DNA from: Octopus sinensis | Lineage: Eukaryota | Assembly: GCF_006345805.1 (NCBI RefSeq) | Contig: NC_043000.1 | Span: forward strand, 61,008,001 to 61,072,000 | DNA: 64,000 bases | Reading direction: 5' to 3' | Part shown: positions 25,849 through 39,796 of the stretch, piece after piece | How the letters are laid out: every line of letters begins with the position of its first letter | Numbering within the stretch: the first letter of the stretch is position 1 | Notes under the pieces: model-generated | What the model was told of the DNA's origin: nothing | Databases searched by the model: none | The model's input: the letters and a program-made list of their open reading frames with translations, nothing else | Program-made: the position numbers and the translations under genes

Positions 25849-26658
25849 TAAGAGTCGGGGAACTTTTTTTAACCAATTACTCCAAAATATATTTATTTAT
25901 GCCAACATTACCCACTTTATTTGAAAGGAAGAAAATCATAGATTCTTTGAATTCAAAAGGTTTATTGAATCTGTTTATATGGAAAATACAATTATAAATA
26001 TAAAAAGTATAAAACAAATGCAATAAAATAAATTACTATCCTCATTATGAAACTTCAGATTTTGGAGAAATGATATTGCTTCATTTTTGTTACAATTACA
26101 TCAAAATTGGGACATTTTGATGCTAGAGCAATTTGAACACAGTCTTCAGAGTCCAATCGATTTGCCTACTTTATTTATATGTTCATCAGAGTAGAAAATC
26201 TTTGTTCGCAAAGGTACGTTGTTGCAAAAGGCAGCAACCTTTTGACTGTCTCCTCATGGTCAGCTTCGAAAGCTTTTGTTGCCGTTGACGTGACAGATCT
26301 GCATTGTTTTCGAATTCGATACGTGCTTCATTATTGAGACTCTTCTGGAACATCAGCAGTTTCACATTTAAAGGGATCTACAACCCAACTGACAGTGTGT
26401 GAAACAAGATCGGGAAAGTAATCAGAGAAGCGTTCTTTAAATTTGGTAAAATGCCTTATAACTGTATCCTTGGTGTCGCCAACAGTAATATTTTCACAAT
26501 CTTCCGAAAATAAATGCAGCATTGCCTGAAGAAAAATCTCTGTCGTAACAAGGAACACGTTTTTATATAATTTTACTTATGTCTAATGATTCCTCATTAC
26601 CCATAAGAATTTCATTTTTACCTCACTTGGGGTAATTTACCCCGGTTCACCGACCCTG
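25849..26658 (-). mobile_element. internally deleted hAT (Buster/Charlie-type) DNA transposon
   Basis: Minus-strand C-terminal motifs FKERFSDYFPD..SWVVDPF and LLPFATTYLCEQRFSTL...NRLDSED; TIRs aagagtcggggaac / gttcaccgaccctg; 8-bp TSD CCTTAGAA/GCTTAGAA with central TA. Confidence 0.88.
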
Positions 26659-27072
26659 GCTTAGAAGATATAGGTAGCACCCATGGCCATTTGATTTTTT
26701 CAAGGCCGTTGAGACTAGTGGGATGAAAGACAGACGATATCGCCAACCTGAACCTGGCTTGAATGTTTGCAACAGAGTGGACTCTGCAAAAGGTACTAAA
26801 GGATCCGGTGCTATCTGATCCTGCTTTTTAAACTCTGAGTTGAAATCCTATGGAGTTCAGCTTTGCTTGGCATCCCCCCGGAGTCAATAAAGTACATGTC
26901 AAGTTCTGGGATCGATTCAAACGACCAACTTCTCCCTCAAATTTCTGGCCTTGTTCTTATATTAGAAGCATTTCCTAAACTTAATATATATTGAATATTG
27001 TCTTCTTATTTTTATATTAACTAGAACACACACGCATGCCTGCTCACATACACTTATACATATATCTATGTA

Positions 27073-27290
27073 AAGGCGGCGAGTTGGGCAAAATCGTTAG
27101 CATACCGGACAAAATCTTAGCAGCATTTCATCCGTCTTTACATTCCGAGTTCAAATGTCGCCGACGTCGACTTTACCTTTCATCCTTTCGGGTTCATAAA
27201 ATAAGTATCAGCTGAGCACTGGGGTTTATGTTATCAGCTTACTCCCCACCAAAACTTGCTGGCCTTGTGCCAAAATTTCAAACCAATATA
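27073..27290 (+). mobile_element. SINE family A full-length copy
   Basis: aaggcggcgagttgggc head through the ggccttgtgccaaaatttc tail. Confidence 0.88.
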
Positions 27291-27842
27291 TGTAACTGTG
27301 TATGTACGTCCGTACGAATGTATGTTGGCATATACACATATTAGTGTGTATCAGCACATACCCATTCATAACCTCACAGCGTAAATAATATTTCATTTTT
27401 TTGCAAAAAATTATATTCTTTTAATCATGAATTTATTTCATTAGATTTATTTGTTTCTTCATTTGAATAATTATCTTAAAAACTAACAGCCAAATTGAAT
27501 TAACTCTGTTTCTGTAACGAATCAAAAATTCTCATTTCTGTTTATAACCAATGTTACATCGTCTGACTTTTTGCAGACATATTCCGTTCGAAAGTTATGT
27601 GTTGTCATAATGGTAATTATTCAATGAATTGAAAACGTTAAAAGAACTCATAATCATTTAAATTTGATTGCCTTAGAGAATATTAAAAAAAATGTACACT
27701 GACCTTTATATAAAACATAACGTAGAAATAACTACGATTGAAATGATAACATCACTTCCACTAGCATCGACAATGATAGTATTAATGATGGCGGAGTTGG
27801 CTTTACTGGTTGAGTTGACTCATAGTATTTTAAGATCGGTTG

Positions 27843-27845
<3 letters not shown>

Positions 27846-27874
<29 letters not shown>

Positions 27875-27896
27875 TGTATGTATGTATGTATGTATG

Positions 27897-27925
<29 letters not shown>
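27846..27925. repeat. (TATG)n microsatellite
   Basis: Directly visible. Confidence 0.97.
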
Positions 27926-27929
<4 letters not shown>

Positions 27930-28276
27930 GCATACGTATACATATGTATGTAACTCCGGATGTGTTTTTATTTATTTAACTTATTTTTCACAGAATTGAA
28001 GCTGTTAGAAAGCCTTTTTTTTCTATTGAGTCTAGACAGTCTCACGGTTTGTGAATATGTAAGTGAACTTGTGAATATACTTGCAGTTATGTCATGGAGG
28101 TATCTTTCTCATTATAGTATAAAAGTGTGTACGATTACACTGTGCATGTGCGTGTGTGTGAGAGAGCGCGTGGGTGGTGGTAGTGGGGATGGGCGTACAA
28201 TCTACACACATGTGTACATTTTCATTCCAGAAAAGTCATTTATGTATACGTGTATTCATGAATGAATGCATGCATA

Positions 28277-28307
<31 letters not shown>

Positions 28308-28333
28308 TGTGTGTGTGTGTGTGTGTGTATTTA

Positions 28334-29184
28334 CAGACTGCGATGGGTGAATTGTCAACATTTCATATTTCTAATTTTGCGCATTGTTTTTGATTTTGTC
28401 GAATACACAGTATAGTAGGGTCAGTTGGGCACCATCTGTGAGAAAAACAGCACCATAACGCAATTCACTCTGCCATAAATTTGGAAACGATATGCTGTAC
28501 TGCTTGGCATTCGCACTGGAAGCTCCAATACGAACATTACAGAGTGTTTGGGTGTCAATCTGAGGATAGTGCAATCTGAGGACATGTACCGAGAGTGATA
28601 AAAATCAAATATCCAGTCAACATCATGGTGTTTGGAGTGATTACTAGTGATGGCGACGTTATGCCTCCATTCATCTTCCCACACGGCCTCAGACTCAACA
28701 CAGAGGCTTACATCAAGTATCTGGATGAGGTAGTACTACCATGGATCAAGTGGGTGGCTACTGGAATATCTTATGTCTGGCAACAAGACTCTGCACCATG
28801 CCACACACTCAGTAATGGCTTTCAGACAATTTCTGCGACCACATCACTCCTAACATTTAGCCACCTAACCCCCTTGATTATCATGTGTGGGTGCAGTTGA
28901 GCAAGAAACCAGCAAAACTCCTTGTAACACCAAAGATGAACTGAAAGCAAAGGTTATAGTAGCAGTCACCAAATTAAACAAGGAGACCGTCCAGAAGGGT
29001 TGCAGGAGATTCTGAAGTCGTCTGGAGACCCTGGTAGACGCGAATGGCGACTTTTATTGAATAAATTTACTGCTTAGTATTTTAAGATATTTTTATGTAA
29101 TTTTAGTAAATATATTTGTTAAAATGAGATGTCAGTGTTATTTTACTTTTTGCGAAATATAGACGACAGTTTATTCTCCGCACC

Positions 29185-29187
<3 letters not shown>
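28334..29187 (+). mobile_element. internally deleted Tc1/mariner-superfamily transposon (DDD-type)
   Basis: IMVFGVITSDG...YIKYLDEVVLPWI...YVWQQDSAPCH and NPLDYHVW motifs; degenerate TIRs cagactgcga.../...ccgcaccctg; TA on both flanks. Confidence 0.9.
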
Positions 29188-29234
<47 letters not shown>

Positions 29235-29244
29235 TATATATATC

Positions 29245-29289
<45 letters not shown>

Positions 29290-29320
29290 CTGCATATATT
29301 TGCATACATATTCACAGAAT

Positions 29321-29351
<31 letters not shown>

Positions 29352-29451
29352 TTATATTATATTGAGGAAGAATTTACGGATTTTTTCTCTTACGAGGTTT
29401 TCCACGCTAACTACTGATAATTTCTTTTAAAGATTTTATCCTCAATTGTTA

Positions 29452-29483
<32 letters not shown>

Positions 29484-31092
29484 ATATATGCATATATACA
29501 TATATATGCACACACCCATACATAGACTTCTTACGTCACAAATGGATATTTTCTATGCTACAAAAGTATGTATATAGCTGCATAGTTATTCACACAAAAG
29601 TTCCTAAATATGTAAAAAGCATATATGGAAATACACAGAGCTGCATGTCAACATACACGCATACATCTGTTTTATATAAACATACGTGTGTGTGTGTATG
29701 TGTACGTGTGTGTATTCGAATAAATATGAATCTATGATAAATTGTGTTTCGCTGCACTGGGAATCAATGAAATAAAATATCCACTATTCGAATGGTATAT
29801 GTTCCACATTCCTTTATCAATGATTTATTTTTATCATAACATTTAAATTTCAGTGACTTAGTTCACTTACATGTAAATAGACATTATAAAGAGATAATTA
29901 TGAAATCTTTAAACGGTGATCACAGTTTCTACAGTTCGATTCCACCATTGTTGGTTAATTGGCTAAGACATTACTCCTATTGTTTTAATCTACGTACTTG
30001 TATGTACTGCGTAATTAATGACTGTCTCGTTAGCTTACTGTACTAATTTCAAGTATTTTCATGGATCTGGAGAATATTAGGAAAGTCACTTCACTGCTCA
30101 GCTTCAGGGAAGATTCAGCAACTTTCTCGTTCATCTACTGAGTGTAGTCCATGACACTAATTACAAAGCTGATTATCATGGCTGCTAGGTAACAGTCGAT
30201 CACAAATTAAACACGTCACAAACAGAAAATGGCTAACAGTACCTAGGGGCAGCTTACAGCCTGGTCGGGGGCGAAGAAGAATAGGCTTAGCGCCGAAATA
30301 TGTATATATTTATAATGATTAATATTGTTGTCATTTTAGACGAATTGTAAGAGGTTCATTGCCTCATCTAATTATTGTTAAAGAACAATGTTATAGAGAA
30401 GCAGAGGGTCGGCGGGCACTTTCTGTCTTCTCTCATCCTTATCATCCTTGCATCATTATCATTCATTTCATTAATGTCTTGTCCAGCCCGCAAAGCTACC
30501 CAATCTATGTATTGTCTTCATGACAAATATAATGAAATAAAGTAGTTAGTAATTGAAAACTTGTCACCAAGTATACCTGAAAATTATCTTTAGATACAAT
30601 TTTCTCTTGTCTAATTTGAGTGAGCGATTGTTTATACCCATCCGCATTCCTTGGATTTGCCCCATTAAAAAGACGATTTGGTGAGATATTGACTTTAATA
30701 TTGTCACATACATGAATAGTCATTTGGAATTGAATACAATTGTATGTCATTAGTTTCACCTAAAACTCCTCATTTCTCTTCAAAATTCAATAAAGCATCA
30801 TTGTTTGTAATGAGATACCTTCTCATATTCTCACCCGTTATTCTCTAGATACTTTTCGTATAAGCTTATTATATTTTCTGTATCCTGGTTTATTTTGTTC
30901 AAGTGAAAAGATTGATATGATGGACATCAATTTGATCGCCGCATGAAAGTTATCAATCTTCTTTAAGTACAGCATTAATAAGCTGGTCTTAAGTTGCCAA
31001 ACTATAACAAATAAGAATAGATATTACTTCTCGTAACGTGCATTTTGCAATATAATGTTAAATATATTTTCTTTTCTTTTGCATTAAAAAGT

Positions 31093-33997
31093 AAAGCAAA
31101 AATAACAATGATATGAAATCCTCAACGTGTCAAAATATTTCTTTCTGTCCTTTGATGAAAAATTCTAATTTATCGAACTTCTGTTATTTGTATACATTTC
31201 CTTGATAAATACTATGTAGTTTGATATAATTATGTCTCCATAACTTGTTATTAAGTGGACTATTTGTAAGTAAATCATTGATTCTTATAAGATTAATTTT
31301 GACGCTCAGAAGTATTTAAATACATGTGTTTCGCAAGTTTTAAGAACTTGCTACAGAAAAGAAATGATAATACTGTTTTGTACAGATAAAAAATGCTGTT
31401 AAAATGTCGGTCATAGAAAATTGCATGCATTGTATTTCAAAGAATACAAGACAAACTTTATTCTTTCTCAATAAAGTGTAGCCATGAGTTTTGTCATGGA
31501 AATTTGAAGCCTTCCGAAGACACTGACTAACGTATATATTACAGATGCTGCTTATGCTATCTCTCCCATCTTCCATCACTTCTCTTTCTCCGAGCGTTTC
31601 ACCCTCTCTCTTTCTCCCCGAGTGCTTCCCTCCCTTACATGTACACGTAAACAACTACTACTTCCCGCCTCTTTTGCTCTGTCCTGATCCTTAATGGTAA
31701 AAACATACTAATATTTTTCTCACTCATCGAGGAAGGACTTTGACCGGAACGTCGGAAACGGCTTATCAACACAACGGCGTACTAACTTAAGTAATTTTCC
31801 TTTTATATCAATAAATACAATGTTTTCTGACACTAACTGCCACCGATCTTCTTAGATGTTATTCATTTTTTGTTTATTTTATTTATATTTCTATCTCGTC
31901 GATTTCTATCATATTTTTTTTATCAGCCCGGTGCCGTGGACTAATAGACTCCTTACGGTTTCGGATAAAATGGCTGAATTCAAATCCTGCTGAGGTAAAC
32001 TTTGCCTTTAACTCTTCTGAAGACGATAAAATAAAGTAATAGTCAATTACTAGTGTCAATTTAATATTCTTATAAAATATCCTTGATGCGAATAGCAATA
32101 GAATAGCAAACAAGAAGAAAAGAGCTCATCAAGGTTGATTTTATTTTCCAGCCTTTCGATGGTCACTAGCGTTAGAACTGAATTCAATCTAGTCGACTAT
32201 ACTTACCCTCAAAACGTCTGCACTTAGAGCTATGTTAAACATTATTATATCATTAGTTACTTACCTATTACCGTTATTATTGCTATGTGTATATTATATC
32301 AAAAGTATAAATGATCATAATTTTTCTGCTCTACATCTTAATAACATTAAATACTTAAACATTAAATATTTGACTACATTTAAAACCTCTTTTTCTAAAA
32401 TTCTTTACCAAGAAACGCTGTGGGCATTATACAACTTGGAATAAGATATTCAAAATATTGTTTCCGCCATCTTGGCAACATTTTTATTTAGTAAAGAAAC
32501 TCATCACATTAAATAGATAATTGTCTATGAATAAGAAATCAAAGCAAAAAAACAATGATATGAAATCCTCAACGTGTCAAAATATTTCTTTCTGTCCTTT
32601 GATGAAAAATTCTAATTTATCGAACTTCTGTTATTTGTATACATTTCCTTGATAAATACTATGTAGTTTGATATAATTATGTCTCCATAACTTGTTATTA
32701 AGTGGACTATTTGTAAGTAAATCATTGATTCTTATAAGATTAATTTTGACGCTCAGAAGTATTTAAATACATGTGTTTCGCAAGTTTTAAGAACTTGCTA
32801 CAGAAAAGAAATGATAATACTGTTTTGTACAGATAAAAAATGCTGTTAAAATGTCGGTCATAGAAAATTGCATGCATTGTATTTCAAGAATACAAGACAA
32901 ACTTTATTCTTTCTCAATAAAGTGTAGCCATGAGTTTTGTCATGGAAATTTGAAGCCTTCCGAAGACACTGACTAACGTATATATTACAGATGCTGCTTA
33001 TGCTATCTCTCCCATCTTCCATCACTTCTCTTTCTCCGAGCGTTTCACCCTCTCTCTTTCTCCCCGAGTGCTTCCCTCCCTTACATGTACACGTAAACAA
33101 CTACTACTTCCCGCCTCTTTTGCTCTGTCCTGATCCTTAATGGTAAAAACATACTAATATTTTTCTCACTCATCGAGGAAGGACTTTGACCGGAACGTCG
33201 GAAACGGCTTATCAACACAACGGCGTACTAACTTAAGTAATTTTCCTTTTATATCAATAAATACAATGTTTTTTGACACTAACTGCCACCGATCTTCTTA
33301 GATGTTATTCATTTTTTGTTTATTTTATTTATATTTCTATCTCGTCGATTTCTATCATATTTTTTTTATCAGCCCGGTGCCGTGGACTAATAGACTCCTT
33401 ACGGTTTCGGATAAAATGGCTGAATTCAAATCCTGCTGAGGTAAACTTTGCCTTTAACTCTTCTGAAGACGATAAAATAAAGTAATAGTCAATTACTAGT
33501 GTCAATTTAATATTCTTATAAAATATCCTTGATGCGAATAGCAATAGAATAGCAAACAAGAAGAAAAGAGCTCATCAAGGTTGATTTTATTTTCCAGCCT
33601 TTCGATGGTCACTAGCGTTAGAACTGAATTCAATCTAGTCGACTATACTTACCCTCAAAACGTCTGCACTTAGAGCTATGTTAAACATTATTATATCATT
33701 AGTTACTTACCTATTACCGTTATTATTGCTATGTGTATATTATATCAAAAGTATAAATGATCATAATTTTTCTGCTCTACATCTTAATAAACATTAAATA
33801 CTTAAACATTAAATATTTGACTACATTTAAAACCTCTTTTTCTAAAATTCTTTACCAAGAAACGCTGTGGGCATTATACAACTTGGAATAAGATATTCAA
33901 AATATTGTTTCCGCCATCTTGGCAACATTTTTATTTAGTAAAGAAACTCATCACATTAAATAGATAATTGTCTATGAATAAGAAATCAAAGCAAAAA
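31093..33997. repeat. tandem duplication of a 1447-bp unit, about 99.8% identical
   Basis: 31093-32540 recurs at 32541-33987; by eye the bodies differ by 2 single-base indels and 1 substitution; AAAGCAAAAA occurs at all three boundaries. Confidence 0.95.
31330..31830 (+). mobile_element. possible Penelope-like 3' relic (duplicated at about 32780-33280)
   Basis: RKLHALYFKEYKTN (31415-31456) resembles the GIY-YIG C-terminal R.i.EAlyIk..kP.lN motif; downstream gaggaagg...ccggaacgtcggaaac...aataaa resembles pseudo-LTR text. Confidence 0.35.
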
Positions 33998-34236
33998 AAC
34001 AAAACAAAACAAAAACAAACTATTTCCTTCTTCATCATAGAATATTTCCTTTCATAAAACTAATAAAACTGTTAATTTATTTTCCTGAAACCCAAATCTA
34101 TCCCATAATATTTCAGTTTAGTTATTGTCGTTCGAATGAACAAAAATATATTTTCTCACAGTTGAACATTACGTTTTCTGGAGACTATTTTAATGTATTT
34201 TGATACTTTGAAGAGATTCTCAACTTGAGATTTGTG

Positions 34237-34345
34237 TGTAATACATACATACATACATACATACATACATACATACATACACATACATACATACATACAT
34301 ACATACATACATACAAACATACATACATACATACATACATACAAA
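34237..34345. repeat. (TACA)n microsatellite
   Basis: Directly visible. Confidence 0.95.
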
Positions 34346-35252
34346 CATATATATATACTCACACGTACGTATTAATGGATCTCCGCTGGCTTCGGCAACC
34401 ATTCATTCGATCAAATTGACATCACTAAATTAGCATGTAAGTAACCTAACATTCCATAGTCACAGTATCTCAAGCCGAATTAGCATGATGTAAAATGATA
34501 CGATTGAATCTTTAAATTACAGGCACAGTCCATCCTTTTAGACACGGAAGGTTCTTCAACATGAAACCGTTCGGTAACACGAATTGGTTGCTATGAGATT
34601 ATCTAAAATTAAACATTTTGAATGTAATTTTCTTCTTGTTTCAATATTTCTTTAGCTGGTGAACAAAGCTGTACAAGAACCAATCTTCAAAGACTCGTTT
34701 AGTTATCCATGATTTTTTGTTGTGGTTGTAGCTAACAGGTAAATGTGTGCTTGCAAACATTCTTGAACCATTCGCAGGCTACGGTAATATATAAGAAGTG
34801 GAATTATAATTCTAGACACATTTTTCTTTAAAAAAGTTACACTCCTTAAATGCATTGAAACCAGGTATAGTTTTTTTTCTTTTGCATGACTGTAGCAAGG
34901 TTCTTCTAAGGTCAACGTTGGTTTTCATTCTTTAGGGGTCGATACCATAAAGTACTAGTCAAGAACCGATGCCGATGGTATCGACTAATTCCCTGCCCTC
35001 AAAATAGGTTGTTCAAATCAGAAAACGTCAAATAATTGTCACATTAGAAATGTTGCTCAAACAGACCATCCCATCTTTTTAGGAGCATACTACACATAGG
35101 CACATTAAAATTTATACATACAAGCACATAAATACACATTTACAATTTAATTATGTTTTAAAAACTCACGAGAGGTTATTGAGACAATTTGGAAATTTCT
35201 GTATTTATGATTGTCCACGATAAAGCTACAGTCCCCATTGGGATCATAAAAT

Positions 35253-35390
<138 letters not shown>

Positions 35391-36645
35391 CGAGTGTGTA
35401 TCAGATCACTTCTATCATGTAGTATACAAACTATCGCATTATTCTATATTTGATACAATTATATAAATGTAAAATTGAGGCAATTGGTGCTAACAAATTT
35501 GTTCCAATGAAAATCTTCAGTTGCCATAGCAAAGATAAGACTGGTTCCACTAAGTCTAATACGAAACAACAGTTGATCAATTATAGAAGGGTGTTACTGT
35601 TTAGACAAACACCACCAGCTGAAAAGCAACAGTTGGTCAATTATGGGAATGCAGAGAAAGTCACCCAGTGTGAAGTGGTGGAACATTAATTCCGAATTCT
35701 TTCGGAAGTTCTTAACGATACGGACTTGATCCGGAGAAGGTGAATTGAAGCGATAAAGAAGCGGTAATATAAGAAGCTAAATAGTGCTTCGTTGAAGAAA
35801 TCTATACATCGGTTAGATGCATAACCTAATCAATGTTAGAACTAATGTCGTATGTGCACTTACGTGTAAAGTCTATAGAACACACTTAGAGTTCGAGGAT
35901 AGTGTATGATGCGGAAGAAACGAAATTAACACATTGAATTTCTTCCTGTTTTTCTTTCCTGATGCAACCGCCACATAATATTCGAACGAATGGGGAAGCT
36001 GCAGGCTGTCAAACCACCGTTTAATGTAGAGAATGATTAATAAGAATTATTAGAATGGAATAAAGTATAATTGGGCAGTTAAAAGTTTCAATAAGGTAAA
36101 ACATCAGTAGTGGTATAATTATGGAACAAAACACACGCTGGTGGGTTTAGTGACGATGACAGCTGTCAGAATAGCTACAGAACCCATACAAATAATAGCT
36201 AAAGCAAGAAGATGAATAAATCAACACATCTTCCTAACCTGCATCGTTAACAAGGAAATCCAGCAGTTTCGAGCTATTTATTAATTAAGACATTGTTCTC
36301 AAGAGGCAAACAAAAATTTCAATCCCATCGATGTTATGTCCCGAATAAGAGTATTTATGGTAAATTACCCTTAAGTTTGATATTTTTGACACTGTTTAAA
36401 CTAAACGATAACAACTAACAGTTCACTCTTTATTGCATTTATAAGTTTCCCTGTCAACACTTTGAAGTGTAAATTTTCTGTATCACTTGTTATTACAATG
36501 GTCATTGCTTCCTTGAACGAAGCTTTAACGGTATTTTCATTGAACACTGTTCACTCAAACTTACTGAAAGGTAAATTCTATTAAAAAGAAATGGTTCCAA
36601 GGAAAAAGGAACACTAAAGTATATTTTTATTTGTTTGGACACTAT

Positions 36646-36798
36646 CTATGGCTCTCTCAGATCAGTTAGATTGATATCATTAATGTTTCTTACTGCCTAT
36701 GGCTCTCTCAAACTAGTGAAATTAACACCATTAATGTTCTTCGCTGCAAATAGCTCTACCAAACCAGTGAGATTGATGCCATTAATGATTCTCATGAA
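36646..36798. repeat. three degenerate tandem copies of a 51-nt unit
   Basis: Units start at 36646, 36697 and 36748; gctct, cag/tagt and cattaatg are conserved. Confidence 0.85.
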
Positions 36799-37028
36799 AC
36801 TTTGCAAGTAAACAACGCAGAAAGATATGAGCAGGGAGGGAAATCCAGAAGATTGACGTTCTGGTAAGGATCGAATGGGCGTAGTGTTTAGTGTGTGTAC
36901 TAGAGGATTAAACATAAGACAGATGATGAGAAGAGGAGAAACCAATAGGTTGGGAATGCTTTAGCTATGATGAGTCCATCAGCTCAGAGAAACAGAAGCC
37001 ATTATAATGCTGGTAGAAGAGGTATATA

Positions 37029-37291
37029 ATAATAAAAATAAATTCATCCTCTTAAAGCCTAGTCAGGCTCATGGGCCCGGTTTCCCGGTTTCAATGGTGT
37101 ATGTGTTCCCCAGCTGGATAGAACGCCAGTCCATCGCAGCGTTACTCATCTTTGCCAGCTGAGTGGACTGGAGCAACGTGAAATGAAGTGTTTTGCTCAA
37201 GAATACAGCGCGTCGCCCGGTCCAGGTATCGAAACCACAATCTTACGATCATGATGCTGACACCCTAACCACTAAACCACGCGCCTCCACT
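37029..37291 (-). mobile_element. full-length tRNA-derived SINE family C with V-domain-like core and 13-bp TSD
   Basis: Minus strand: A/B-box head, cttgagcaaaacac..., ctgcgatggactggcg (V-SINE-like motif); TSD GAAGAGGTATATA at 37016-37028 and 37292-37304. Partial copies at about 4550-4680 (+) and 40230-40340 (-). Confidence 0.85.
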
Positions 37292-38209
37292 GAAGAGGTA
37301 TATAGAGGAGGCAAAAAGGGGTATTTCCTTACTAATTGTATGCTATATTAGAGAACCGTCAACGAGCCAACGTGGAAGCCATTACACAGTCCTCGACTTG
37401 CTTGAAATAGTAGCCAAAGTCTACCAAATTTCGCCTTACTGTCTTCAAATCTCTTAAAAATCTTAAAATAAAAAAGGTACATTGGACAATGTAGTCATAC
37501 ACACACACATGTGTGTATATGCATATTTGTGTATGCGTGTGGGTTTATGTGTGTGTGTGTGTGTGCAGGTATGTGTGTGTGTTGTGCGCGCGTGTGTATG
37601 TGTACACACTATTCACTCAAGGCTGGGTATCTTCTGTTTAGTCGCCTTGAGCAGAGATCTGTTTGATCAAGATTGGCTGAAAGCTAATTATCATCATGAT
37701 CATGATGATAATGATGATGATGATGATCATCATCATCATCATCATCATCACCAGCAGCAGTAGCAGCTGCAGCAGCAGCAACGTCACCACCATCATCACC
37801 ACCACTAGAAACACCATAAATCAATTACAATTTTATCAACTCTAAACGCATCTAAATCTAAGTTTCCATAAATCATTTTTACCATTCTCAACAAACCAAC
37901 AACACTGTCTTCACCCACACGACCAATCAACCATCATCACCAATACAAACACTGCCACTATACAAAAATCAACAGTTAAATTACTCTCAAGCTTACACGT
38001 CTTGAAAAACAATGTTGGGAGGAAATATTTATCAAAAATTTCAATTCTGAAACAATAAACCAGAAGGAAGAATAAAATACACGGAAAGGTTAGGAACACA
38101 CTAAAGGAACTATAGAAAAATGCTTGAAAAGAAAAAAAAAACAATAGCAGAAATAATACAATGGAACTAACAACACAATGACAGCCACTAAATAAAAACA
38201 ATTAATATT

Positions 38210-38655
38210 CTTTTATTCTTTTAATTGTTTCAGTCACTCAACTGCAGCCATGCTGGAGCACCGCTTTAAAGGGTTATAGTCGAAGAAATCGACACCAGGG
38301 CATATTCTTTGTAAGACTGGTACTTATTCTATCGGTTTTTTTTGCCGAGCCGCTAGGTTGCGAGAGACATAAGCACACAAGCATCGGTTGTCAAGTGATG
38401 GCAGGGTACACACACAAACATATAAATACATACATACACACACACATATATAAATACACACACACACATACACATATATGTATATATATATATACGATGT
38501 GCTTCTTTCAGTTTCCGTCTACCAAATCCACTCACAGGGCCTTTGTCACCCCAAGGCTATAGAGGAAGACACTTAACGAAGGTGCCACGCAGTGGGACTG
38601 AACCCAGAACCATAGAACCATGTGGTTGGGAATCAAGCTTCTTACCACACAGCAA
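38210..38655 (-). mobile_element. SINE family B copy with internal (CA)/(TA) repeat
   Basis: tttcagtcac...gccatgctggagcaccgc 3' half and ctttcagtttccgtctaccaaatccactcac 5' half. Confidence 0.88.
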
Positions 38656-38775
38656 CTCGAAGAGAATCATTAAAAAAGAGCAAAAAGCAAAAAACAAAAA
38701 CGCAAAGTGGCGAAGCAGCAGTGGATAGAGTAAAACAAATACACCAGCAATAAGAACGCAGAAATTAACAATTAC

Positions 38776-38889
38776 ACCACCACCACCACCAGCACCACCG
38801 CCAGCACCAGCACCACCACTACCACCACCAGCAGCACCACCACCACCACCACCACCACCACCACCACCACCAGCAGCACCAGCACCAGC

Positions 38890-38920
<31 letters not shown>

Positions 38921-39100
38921 CCGCCACCGCCACCACCTACGCCACCACCACCACCAACCACCACCACCACACCACCACCAACCACCACCACCACCACCAG
39001 CACCATCACCAGCACCAGCAACCACCACCACCACCACCTACGCCACCACCACCACCACCACCACCACCACCACCACCAACAACAACAACAAAAAAACAAC
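38776..39100. repeat. (CAC)n/(CAG)n GC-rich trinucleotide repeat grading into (CAA)n
   Basis: Directly visible; gives poly-G, poly-W, poly-V or poly-P translations. Confidence 0.93.
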
Positions 39101-39431
39101 AACAACAGTACAATTGAATCACCATCATCAACAGCAACAGCAGTAACAACACTTTTAAAATAACATCGTTTTCATCAGCTGTCATGTTTCGTAGTTGACT
39201 TATAAGTAATTTTTGCCCACCACCTCTCACATTTATTTCACTTCAGCATCTTAGTAGTATTTTCAGTAGCATTCTTACAATACATAAATCAAATATTTGC
39301 TGGGATAGTGGTTGTCGAAGTAATGCTTTTACTTGTGTTTCAGTAGTTGCAGCTGTCATTGCAAACCAGCTTCACTACGTCTGCTTATCACTTATTAGGA
39401 TGAGATACGCTGTTCTTGCTTCGACTTTGCA

Positions 39432-39473
<42 letters not shown>

Positions 39474-39529
39474 TGTGTGTCTGAGTACGTGAGTGTGTAC
39501 GTGTGTGCATGTGTGTGCTTGTATATATT

Positions 39530-39721
39530 TACTCTTTTAAGCTCTTTTATTTGTTTCAGTCATTTGACTGTGGCCATGCTGGAGCATCGCCTTTAGTCGA
39601 GCAAATCGCCTCCAGGACTTATTCTTTGTAAGCTTAGTACTTATTCTATCGGTCACTTTTGCCGAACCGCTAAGTTACAGGGACGTAAACAAGTGATGTT
39701 GGGGGAACAAACACAGACACA

Positions 39722-39796
<75 letters not shown>

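Noticed and set aside
38557-39105. Gly/Ala-rich (minus) or Pro-rich (plus) ORFs suggesting a structural protein or formin FH1 region
   Set aside because: A (CAC)n repeat grading into (CAA)n, with no splice sites or non-repetitive coding flanks; the minus ORF runs into SINE sequence.
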